Position numbers and translations under genes: made by a program
The notes under the pieces: generated by a model
The model's database searches: none
Seen by the model: the letters and a program-made list of their open reading frames with translations, nothing else
Told to the model about the DNA's origin: nothing
Part shown: piece by piece, positions 38,423 through 46,253 of the stretch
How positions within the stretch are numbered: position 1 is the first letter of the stretch
How the letters are laid out: each line of letters starts with the position of its first letter
Assembly (NCBI GenBank): GCA_049890295.1
Contig: JBMHBP010000002.1
Coordinates: 148,561-212,560 of the forward strand
Reading direction: 5' to 3'
Length of the DNA: 64,000 bases
From: Flavobacteriales bacterium
GTDB lineage: Bacteria; Bacteroidota; Bacteroidia; Flavobacteriales; UBA7312

Positions 38423-39391
38423 TTACAGTAATTTATAGCCCAAAAATATACGCTTGATTCGAAATAAATTATACGATAAATTTCCTTTTACAAGGCTTAT
38501 AAATCGTCTAGTCATTATTTGATTTGGGGATATAATCTTATTGATTTTTTTGTCTAGATTTTGCAATCTTTTTGTAGGCTTTATTAAAATTTCTTGTTCA
38601 TATCCAAGCGATATAATTTCATTTCTTAGAAGGTAGCTTAATTCAATTAATTGATGTGAATTGAAAGTGCTTTTAAACCTGTATGTGCGACTTTTAATTA
38701 GGGGTTGGTGAGCATGTAAATGGTACTTTTCATCAGCTGAAAATTCAAATATTTTTTCTGATTTATAAAGCATTTTTTCTTCAAAATCAAATCCTATATA
38801 ATCTGATAATTTACTTAAAGTTTTTTCTGGATATTCAACCAAGTTTTCATAGCTTATTTCTAATATTTCGTTTTTATTTATTTTATTGTACGCATTAAAA
38901 TAAGCTCTTATAGTTGCGACTGAATTAATTATAAATTTATCATCATAATTTTCTGAATACCACCTACTAAAATAAGAACTTGTAATTGCTAAAGGATGTC
39001 GCTTAAGAAAAATGAATTTACTTTCTGGATATAATGTACGGATGTAGTTATAAATAAAAGTATTTGATGGTGTTTTTTCACCAATAAATGAAGCTTTTGT
39101 ATTGTAAGTATGGGTGAATAATGCATTCGGTGAAATATGTTCACTACTGCCTCTAAAAACTACTTTTTCTTTGAGTTTAGAATTGTTTTTAAAGAGTTGA
39201 TGTAGAATATATTTTTGTTTTGTAATATTCAAGGTTTTCCATCTAAATTTGGCTAATAAAGTGAAAAACCAACTTTCATTAATTACTTTGACTTTTGAAT
39301 GATTATTTAGCTTTTGTCCTAAAACAGTACTTCCCGAGCGAGAAAAGGATAATATAAAAAAAGTTGATTTCAATATTTTATTATTTACCAA
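38423..39391 (-). CDS. sulfotransferase family protein (PAPS-dependent type), non-ATG start
   Basis: About 322 aa. The 5'-PSB-like loop is SFSRSGSTV near the N-terminus, and the 3'-PB-like block is IFLKRHPLAITSS. The first in-frame ATG is about 200 codons in, so the start must be TTG (39391 or 39373) or another near-cognate codon. Confidence 0.7.
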   Translation of the reverse strand: MVNNKILKSTFFILSFSRSGSTVLGQKLNNHSKVKVINESWFFTLLAKFRWKTLNITKQKYILHQLFKNNSKLKEKVVFRGSSEHISPNALFTHTYNTKASFIGEKTPSNTFIYNYIRTLYPESKFIFLKRHPLAITSSYFSRWYSENYDDKFIINSVATIRAYFNAYNKINKNEILEISYENLVEYPEKTLSKLSDYIGFDFEEKMLYKSEKIFEFSADEKYHLHAHQPLIKSRTYRFKSTFNSHQLIELSYLLRNEIISLGYEQEILIKPTKRLQNLDKKINKIISPNQIMTRRFISLVKGNLSYNLFRIKRIFLGYKLL

Positions 39392-40733
39392 TACAAAAGT
39401 TTGAAAAAATATTATCTAATAAATCATCAGTTGAAACTTCACCTGTTATTTCACCTAAATGATGTAAGGCTTGTTTAACATCTAAAGATAATAAATCTGA
39501 TGATAGGTTTGCCTCTATATTTGACATGATGTTATCTACATAGTGCAAGGCTTGATTTAACGCTTCGAGATGTCTGTTATTACTAATAATAGTTTGTCCA
39601 AAATTTTTAGAACTTGTTTGAGAAAACTCTACTAATTTATTACGGAATTCATTAAGCCCTTTTTTTTCTTTTGCAGATATTTCTATGGCATTTTCAATGC
39701 TTGTTTGCAAGGGTTTAGAATCAATTTTATTTATAAGTATTAATACATTATCCTTGACCTTTGATTTTATATTTTTTAATTCTTCGAGTTGAATTGGTAT
39801 TGATTGAGTAGTGTCCATTACAAAAACTATAATTTGAGAAGAGTGCACTTTTTCTAAGGCTTTTTTAATTCCAATACTTTCTATGTCATCGTCAGTTGAT
39901 CTCAAGCCAGCTGTGTCAATAAACCTAAATGAAATACCATTTATATTTACGATATCTTCTATGGTGTCCCTAGTTGTTCCGGCAGTACTAGAAACAATAG
40001 CTCTCTCTTCATTAACAAGTGAATTGAGAAGGGTAGACTTGCCAACATTAGGTCTTCCAACAATGGCTACCGAAATACCATTTTTCATAACATTACCAAT
40101 TGCAAAAGAGTCAATTAATCCCTTCAGTGTGCTTTTAATTTTGTTTAGAAGTTCAAGGAATGTTTGACGATCAGCAAACTCAACATCTTCTTCACTAAAA
40201 TCTAGTTCCAGTTCAATAAGAGAAGCAAAATTAATTAATTCAGCCCTGAGTGTCTTCAGTTCTTTTGAAAATCCACCTCTCATTTGTTTGATTGCTAGTT
40301 CATGAGCAGATTCACTTTCTGATGCGATAAGGTCTGAAACTGCTTCAGCTTGTGATAAATCCATTTTTCCGTTAGCAAAAGCTCTTAGTGTAAATTCACC
40401 TCCCTTTGCAAGTCTAGCGCCGGAAGAAAGTAGTAATTGGATAATTTGGTTTTGTACATATATAGATCCATGACAGCTGATCTCTACAATATCTTCGCCT
40501 GTATATGAATTAGGGTTTTTAAATATACTTACCAAAACTTCATCAATCACCTTAGTGTTATTTCTTAATGTGCCGTAGTGTAAAGTATGACTATTCACCA
40601 TCGTCAGATCTTTTGATGGAAAATGCTCATTACAAATTTTAATTGCTTTACTTCCGGAAAGTCGTATGGTTGATATTGCACCCATTCCAGGTGGAGTGGC
40701 CAGTGCACAAATGGTATCTTTGTCAATAAACAT
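39381..40733 (-). CDS. mnmE: tRNA uridine-5-carboxymethylaminomethyl modification GTPase MnmE
   Basis: 450 aa. The N-terminus is DTICALATPPGMGAISTIRLSG, the G-domain is GRPNVGKSTL / DTAG, and the C-terminus is the CIGK motif. Confidence 0.95.
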   Translation of the reverse strand: MFIDKDTICALATPPGMGAISTIRLSGSKAIKICNEHFPSKDLTMVNSHTLHYGTLRNNTKVIDEVLVSIFKNPNSYTGEDIVEISCHGSIYVQNQIIQLLLSSGARLAKGGEFTLRAFANGKMDLSQAEAVSDLIASESESAHELAIKQMRGGFSKELKTLRAELINFASLIELELDFSEEDVEFADRQTFLELLNKIKSTLKGLIDSFAIGNVMKNGISVAIVGRPNVGKSTLLNSLVNEERAIVSSTAGTTRDTIEDIVNINGISFRFIDTAGLRSTDDDIESIGIKKALEKVHSSQIIVFVMDTTQSIPIQLEELKNIKSKVKDNVLILINKIDSKPLQTSIENAIEISAKEKKGLNEFRNKLVEFSQTSSKNFGQTIISNNRHLEALNQALHYVDNIMSNIEANLSSDLLSLDVKQALHHLGEITGEVSTDDLLDNIFSNFCIGK

Positions 40734-40737
40734 TTCA

Positions 40738-40745
40738 CAAAGATA
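40738..40745 (-). promoter_or_regulatory. TAnnTTTG -7 motif (TATCTTTG on minus strand) 4 nt upstream of the mnmE ATG
   Basis: Plus-strand caaagata at 40738..40745; the ATG occupies 40733..40731. Confidence 0.4.
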
Positions 40746-40787
40746 AAAAGTCTTTTAGTTTTTATTTTCCTAATTCATATTTCATTA

Positions 40788-40795
40788 TAAATTTG
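40788..40795 (+). promoter_or_regulatory. TAnnTTTG -7 motif (TAAATTTG) for sucD
   Basis: Exact motif 23 nt upstream of the ATG at 40819. Confidence 0.45.
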
Positions 40796-40818
40796 CAAGA
40801 AATAATTTAAAAGAAACT

Positions 40819-41697
40819 ATGAGTGTATTAGTAAATAATCAATCAAAAGTAATTGTTCAAGGATTCACTGGAAGCGAGGGGACTTTTCATGCCGGTCAAA
40901 TGATAGAATATGGTACTAACATAGTAGGTGGTGTAACACCTGGAAAAGGTGGTCAAGTACATTTAGAAAGGCCAGTATTTAATACCGTTGCTGAAGCTGT
41001 TGATAAAGTAAAGGCTAATACCTCTATAATTTTCGTTCCTCCGGCCTTCGCTGCAGATGCAATTATGGAGTCTGCCGCCGCAGGTATTGAAGTTATTATT
41101 TGTATTACCGAAGGAATTCCGACTAAAGATATGATAACTGTTAAGGAATTTTTATCTGATAAATCGTGTCGACTGGTAGGGCCTAACTGTCCAGGTGTTA
41201 TAACTCCAGGTGAAGCAAAATGTGGTATTATGCCGGGTTTTGTTTTTAAATCTGGTCGCATAGGTGTAGTGTCAAAATCAGGTACTTTGACTTACGAGGC
41301 AGCCGACCAAATAGTAAAAGCAGGTATGGGTATTTCTACCGCTATTGGTATAGGAGGTGACCCTATTATTGGTACAACTACAAAAGAAGCTGTAGAGTTA
41401 TTAATGAATGATTCTCAAACAGATGGTATCGTTATGATTGGCGAGATTGGTGGTCAACTTGAGGCTGATGCAGCTCATTGGATTAGAGAAAATGGCACAA
41501 AACCAGTGGTTGGCTTTATAGCTGGACAAACGGCTCCAAAGGGAAGAACAATGGGACATGCAGGTGCTATTGTAGGAGGTGAAGATGATACTGCTGAGGC
41601 TAAAATGAAAATAATGAGCGAATGTGGTATTCATGTTGTTGAATCACCAGCAAGTATTGGAAATAAAATGGCTGAATTGATGGGAGTTAGTGCCTAA
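40819..41697 (+). CDS. sucD: succinate--CoA ligase subunit alpha
   Basis: 292 aa. Motifs are [31 protein letters not shown] and the phospho-His block GHAGAIV. Confidence 0.96.
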   Translation: MSVLVNNQSKVIVQGFTGSEGTFHAGQMIEYGTNIVGGVTPGKGGQVHLERPVFNTVAEAVDKVKANTSIIFVPPAFAADAIMESAAAGIEVIICITEGIPTKDMITVKEFLSDKSCRLVGPNCPGVITPGEAKCGIMPGFVFKSGRIGVVSKSGTLTYEAADQIVKAGMGISTAIGIGGDPIIGTTTKEAVELLMNDSQTDGIVMIGEIGGQLEADAAHWIRENGTKPVVGFIAGQTAPKGRTMGHAGAIVGGEDDTAEAKMKIMSECGIHVVESPASIGNKMAELMGVSA

Positions 41698-41719
41698 TAT
41701 TTTTACTCTCAATTTATTA

Positions 41720-41741
41720 AGACGCCATTGGCGTCTTTTTT
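41720..41741 (+). terminator. Rho-independent terminator after sucD
   Basis: The hairpin is AGACGCC-att-GGCGTCT, followed by a T-run. Confidence 0.7.
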
Positions 41742-41781
41742 ATTTTTATAATTATATTTATACTAACAAAAATTAATCAAA

Positions 41782-42528
41782 ATGAAATTATTGACTGAAA
41801 AAACAGCCATTATAACAGGTGGCTCAAGAGGTATTGGAAAGGGTATCGCCATCGCATTTGCTCAAAGCGGTTCCAACGTTGCATTTACTTATTTATCATC
41901 TCAACAGAAAGCTATGGAACTTGAAAAAGAATTGAGTTCATATGGTGTAAAGGCAAAAGGCTTTAAATCCGACGCATCTGATTTTGATTCAGCTCATCAA
42001 TTAGTTGAAGAAGTAATTAATCATTTTGGTTCAGTAGATGTTCTGGTAAATAATGCAGGAATTACAAAAGACAATCTTCTTATGCGTATGACTGAAGAAG
42101 ATTATGACAAAGTTATGGAAGTCAATATGAAATCTATATTTAACACGACAAAAGCTGTTCTTCGACCAATGTTGAAACAACGTTCAGGTTCTATTATTAA
42201 TATGAGCTCTGTAGTAGGAGTGAAGGGCAATGCTGGTCAGGCTAATTATTCTGCTTCAAAAGCAGCAATAATCGGATTTTCAAAATCAACCGCCCAAGAG
42301 TTAGGCTCTAGAAATATAAGATGTAATGTAATTGCACCCGGTTTTATAGAAACCGAAATGACTGCAAAACTTGATGAAAAAGTTGTTGAAGGTTGGGTAA
42401 ACTCTATTCCTCTTAAAAGAGGTGGCACACCTAAAGATATTGCAGATGCCACAATCTTTTTAGCTTCAGATATGTCATCTTATATTTCAGGTCAAGTTCT
42501 CAATGTTTGTGGAGGTATGCTAACTTAA
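41782..42528 (+). CDS. fabG: 3-oxoacyl-[acyl-carrier-protein] reductase
   Basis: 248 aa SDR. Motifs are TGGSRGIG, NNAG and YSASKAA, with the FabG-typical C-terminus GQVLNVCGGM. Confidence 0.92.
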   Translation: MKLLTEKTAIITGGSRGIGKGIAIAFAQSGSNVAFTYLSSQQKAMELEKELSSYGVKAKGFKSDASDFDSAHQLVEEVINHFGSVDVLVNNAGITKDNLLMRMTEEDYDKVMEVNMKSIFNTTKAVLRPMLKQRSGSIINMSSVVGVKGNAGQANYSASKAAIIGFSKSTAQELGSRNIRCNVIAPGFIETEMTAKLDEKVVEGWVNSIPLKRGGTPKDIADATIFLASDMSSYISGQVLNVCGGMLT

Positions 42529-44552
42529 TGAATACTTTATTGACTGAATGGCCCATTATTTGGGTTTTAGGATGTGCATCACTAGCATTTGGGTATGCTT
42601 TTTTGCTCTATTCCGTGGGTAATTTTTCTGAAAACAATGTCACTCGCCGTTTATTATTCCTAATGCGATTTGCTGTAGTTTTCATCTTGTCTTTTTTCTT
42701 ATTGAAACCTTACATAAACTATCAGTCAACAACTAAAGAGCCACCAATCATAACGGTTGGCGTTGACAATTCAACTTCCATGCTATCCTCAAGTGATAGT
42801 ATTTTTGTCGCAGAGGAGTTATCAAAACAAATAAATCTTCTAAAGAGTGAGTTTTCTGAAACTCACCAAATTGATCTATATAGTTTTGGGGAAAATATCA
42901 ATATATCATCTGATTTTGATTTTAGAGATCGAAAATCTGATCTTTCATCATATTTAAATGAAGTATCAAACTTATATTCTAATAGAAACCTTACAGCTAA
43001 CGTTGTGATTACTGATGGTATCTTTAACTCAAGTTATAATCCATTATACGCTAATTATTCATTAAATTCTCCATTATATACTCTAGCAGTTGGCGATACT
43101 TCATTGAAGGAAGATTTAGAGATTACTAAAGTATCATACAACGAATTATCTTTTTTAGGAAATACATTTCCTGTTGAAGTAAGTGTACTGGCTCAATTTT
43201 GCAAAAACGCTGAAGTTAAAGTTGGTTTGTATCAAAATCAATCATTGATAGCTGAGGCAAGTCAAACTGTGAATTCCCCAACTCAACTTTTAAACTTTAA
43301 GTTTGAAGTCGAAGCTTCAGAAAAGGGTCTTCAAAAATATTCAATTAAGGTAAATTCACTAGAGTCAGAAAGTAATCTTATAAACAATCAACAGGAAATA
43401 TTTTTGGAAGTTTTGGAAAGTAAACAAAAAATCCTTCTTCTTTCTGATGTTAGTCATCCTGATATTAAGGCCTTAAGTTTAGCATTATCAACAAATGATA
43501 ATTACGATTTGACAATTCTATCTAATGAAAAATTTGATGGAGATTATCAGCCCTATAATTTAGTTATAGCTTTTCAAACAGAAATACTTAATTCAACATT
43601 ACCTGTTTTTTACTTTTTGGGTAATTCATCACCAACTATTTCTAATGAATGGTTTGAAATATCTGCTACTAAGTCATTGAATGAAGTAACTGCCAATTAC
43701 ACCCCATTTTCATTATTTTCTATTAACGACTCTTGGAAAAGTTGGCTTAATCAACTTCCACCACTGCATTCCCCAAATTCAGATCTACAATTTAAAACGG
43801 AACACTACAATCTATTTAATCAAACTATTTTAGGTATTGAGACTAATCGTCCTATATTTTCATTTGTGAATCAGAATGGACTTCGATATGGGCTGTGTAA
43901 TGCAGAGGGTCTATGGAAATGGCGTTTATATGAGTATATGCTTAAAAAAGAACATCAATTTTTTGATGAAATTATTAATAAAAGTATTCAGTATCTTTCT
44001 TCTGACGAAGACAACCGTCCGTTAAAGCTAAGGTATGATAAGATAATTGATGAGGATATTCCATTTTATATAGAAGCAGATTTCTATAATTCAAATTTTG
44101 AATTAGTAAATTCTTCAGATCTATTTATTAACATTAAAGATGATAACAATATTGAGTACCCTTACACATTCAATAAATCTGTAAATAACTATAAGCTTGA
44201 AATTTCAGATTTAGTTGCAGGCGATTATTCTTTTGAAGTTAATCTAAATTTTAACGGAAAAGATTATAAATCACTCGGTCAGTTTAGTATACGACCCATA
44301 GAAATTGAACAAATGAATACTAGGGCAAATCATCAACTCTTATATGCATTATCAGAAAAATATGAGGGCCAGTTTTATTTTGTTAATCAATTTGAAGATT
44401 TAAAACAATCATTGTCTACAATAGAATCACCAACATTGAGTTATACTAGTGACAAACAAAGTGATTTATTAAATTTGAAATGGATTTCAATTCTATTATT
44501 CGTATTTTTGTCCTTAGAGTGGATTCTTAGAAAGAGAAACACCAACATTTAA
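42528..44552 (+). CDS. large membrane protein of unknown function with VWA-like (DxSxS) region and C-terminal TM anchor
   Basis: I trimmed the start to MNTLLTEW (ATG 42528, TAATG overlap with the fabG stop). It has two N-terminal TM helices and the MIDAS-like motifs VGVDNSTSM and VVITDGIFN. The terminal TM is ISILLFVFLSLEWILRKR. Confidence 0.6.
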   Translation: MNTLLTEWPIIWVLGCASLAFGYAFLLYSVGNFSENNVTRRLLFLMRFAVVFILSFFLLKPYINYQSTTKEPPIITVGVDNSTSMLSSSDSIFVAEELSKQINLLKSEFSETHQIDLYSFGENINISSDFDFRDRKSDLSSYLNEVSNLYSNRNLTANVVITDGIFNSSYNPLYANYSLNSPLYTLAVGDTSLKEDLEITKVSYNELSFLGNTFPVEVSVLAQFCKNAEVKVGLYQNQSLIAEASQTVNSPTQLLNFKFEVEASEKGLQKYSIKVNSLESESNLINNQQEIFLEVLESKQKILLLSDVSHPDIKALSLALSTNDNYDLTILSNEKFDGDYQPYNLVIAFQTEILNSTLPVFYFLGNSSPTISNEWFEISATKSLNEVTANYTPFSLFSINDSWKSWLNQLPPLHSPNSDLQFKTEHYNLFNQTILGIETNRPIFSFVNQNGLRYGLCNAEGLWKWRLYEYMLKKEHQFFDEIINKSIQYLSSDEDNRPLKLRYDKIIDEDIPFYIEADFYNSNFELVNSSDLFINIKDDNNIEYPYTFNKSVNNYKLEISDLVAGDYSFEVNLNFNGKDYKSLGQFSIRPIEIEQMNTRANHQLLYALSEKYEGQFYFVNQFEDLKQSLSTIESPTLSYTSDKQSDLLNLKWISILLFVFLSLEWILRKRNTNI

Positions 44553-44570
44553 CAATTAATCAAAATTAAT

Positions 44571-45416
44571 ATGTTTGAAACAAATGATGCAGGGGGATTT
44601 AACCCCAAATTGCCTAGATTTTTTGTAATAGGCTTTGTACTTGTAATTTTTTTATTAATTACAGGAGGAAATATGTTCTTCACAGTTAATCCAGGAGAAA
44701 AAGCTGTTATTTTTAAGCGATTTGGCGGTGGATTGGATAAAGAAAAAGTCATTCCCCAAGGTTTTCATTTCATGGCTCCCTGGAATAAGGTTTATATCTA
44801 TAATGTCAAAATTCAAGAGGATTATGAAGCTATGGAAGTATTATCAAAAAATGGTCTTTCAATTAAGTTAGATTTATCTTTTAGATTTACACCAAAAGTT
44901 GCCGAGTTAGGATATTTACACGATATGATCGGTGAAGATTATTTAGAAAGTATAATTCGTCCAGAAATACGTTCAGTAACTAGAGAGGTCATTGGAGAGT
45001 ATTTACCTGAGGAATTATATTCAACAAAACGAGAAGAGGTTGAAGACAATATTTACAACATTACAAAAAAGTCTTTGTCTCAAAATCATATCTTACTAGA
45101 TGCTATTCTCATTCGTGATGTCACTTTACCAAAAACGTTACAAACAGCAATAGAAAATAAGTTAAGACAAGAACAAGAAGCTCTTGAATATGAATTTAAA
45201 TTGTTGAAGGAACAAAAGGAAGCTGAAAGAAAGCGTATTGAAGCTGAAGGTATTGCAGATTTCCAAAAAATTGTTACCAAAACAATAACTCCACAGTTAC
45301 TTAAATGGAAAGGAGTAGAAGCTACACAAGAATTATCAAAATCAACAAATAGTAAAGTTATCGTAATCGGAAATGGTGATGGTGATTTACCTATTATTCT
45401 TGGTGGTAATAACTAA
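44571..45416 (+). CDS. SPFH/Band 7 (prohibitin-type) domain protein, membrane-anchored
   Basis: 281 aa. An N-terminal TM helix is followed by the prohibitin core (GEKAVIFKRFGG..., LDAILIRDVTLP) and a coiled-coil EQEALEYEFKLLKEQKEAERKRIEAEG. Confidence 0.85.
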   Translation: MFETNDAGGFNPKLPRFFVIGFVLVIFLLITGGNMFFTVNPGEKAVIFKRFGGGLDKEKVIPQGFHFMAPWNKVYIYNVKIQEDYEAMEVLSKNGLSIKLDLSFRFTPKVAELGYLHDMIGEDYLESIIRPEIRSVTREVIGEYLPEELYSTKREEVEDNIYNITKKSLSQNHILLDAILIRDVTLPKTLQTAIENKLRQEQEALEYEFKLLKEQKEAERKRIEAEGIADFQKIVTKTITPQLLKWKGVEATQELSKSTNSKVIVIGNGDGDLPIILGGNN

Positions 45417-45438
45417 GTATTAACCTTAAATTTTTTTT

Positions 45439-45816
45439 ATGAAGAATATAATTGTTCTAATGACTATCGTTTTACCTTTAACACTTATTGGTCAAACAAA
45501 TTCAAAGTCATTTAAAAAGCAATCTTTTGAACAAGTAAAACATCAAAAACCTCTACCAAGTGTATTTTCGTACATGATAATGGAGGTTGTTAGTCCAATA
45601 AAAAAATCAGAAAAAGCTGATTCAGGTAAGTTGAATTTTAAATTTATAACTAAGGATGCAAATATTAAAAAAAGCTTAGCCAGATTAAATGGGAAATTTG
45701 ATTCACTTATTGAGATACTTGATGTATTAGGATCTAGAGGATATGAATTAGTTGGTTTTCAAAATAACAACTATATCTTCAAAAAGTCTAAAACTAAACA
45801 AGTGTTCAGAAAGTAA
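45439..45816 (+). CDS. small exported hypothetical protein (C-terminus resembles DUF4177)
   Basis: 125 aa with a signal peptide MKNIIVLMTIVLPLTLIGQ. The C-terminal LDVLGSRGYELVGFQNNNYIFKK resembles DUF4177-type small domains by pattern only. A strong terminator follows. Confidence 0.55.
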   Translation: MKNIIVLMTIVLPLTLIGQTNSKSFKKQSFEQVKHQKPLPSVFSYMIMEVVSPIKKSEKADSGKLNFKFITKDANIKKSLARLNGKFDSLIEILDVLGSRGYELVGFQNNNYIFKKSKTKQVFRK

Positions 45817-45821
45817 TAAAC

Positions 45822-45845
45822 GCCCCTTAAAGGGGCTTTTTTTTT
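45822..45845 (+). terminator. Rho-independent terminator whose T-tract abuts the next start codon
   Basis: The hairpin is GCCCC-ttaaa-GGGGC, followed by T9 (45837..45845). The ATG of the next ORF is at 45846. Confidence 0.7.
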
Positions 45846-46250
45846 ATGAAACATTATCCTGAAAAAATACTTGTTGCATGGGGGGAGGCAATTTCTGGAA
45901 ATATAGAAATTAGAGATTGGCTAATGAAAAATAATTATCCAGAATTAGGTCTTTTTTGCTTTGCACTTTATTTTGATAAAAAAGCTAGTAATTGGTTATT
46001 AAAAAATGCTCCCCATTTACTTGCTACAATCAAAGGAGTTGAAGGTAAAAAAGAAGCATTAATATGGCTAGAGAAAAATGGTTTTCATCTTCTTGCCAGA
46101 GTAGCAAAAGCTGCCGATGAGGATAAAAACCAAATGAAGTGGCTTATGATAAATGACCGTTTATTTGCACTTATTGCTCAGCGTATAAAAATGATAAAAG
46201 ATGATATTGAAGAGATTAACAATGATGTTCATAGGTGGGGCTATGAATAA
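45846..46250 (+). CDS. hypothetical protein built of four ~24-aa WLxKN helical repeats
   Basis: 134 aa with no signal peptide. The repeats are RDWLMKNNYPELGLF, SNWLLKNAPHLLATI, LIWLEKNGFHLLARV and MKWLMINDRLFALIA. I recognise no family. Confidence 0.5.
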   Translation: MKHYPEKILVAWGEAISGNIEIRDWLMKNNYPELGLFCFALYFDKKASNWLLKNAPHLLATIKGVEGKKEALIWLEKNGFHLLARVAKAADEDKNQMKWLMINDRLFALIAQRIKMIKDDIEEINNDVHRWGYE

Positions 46251-46253
46251 TAC

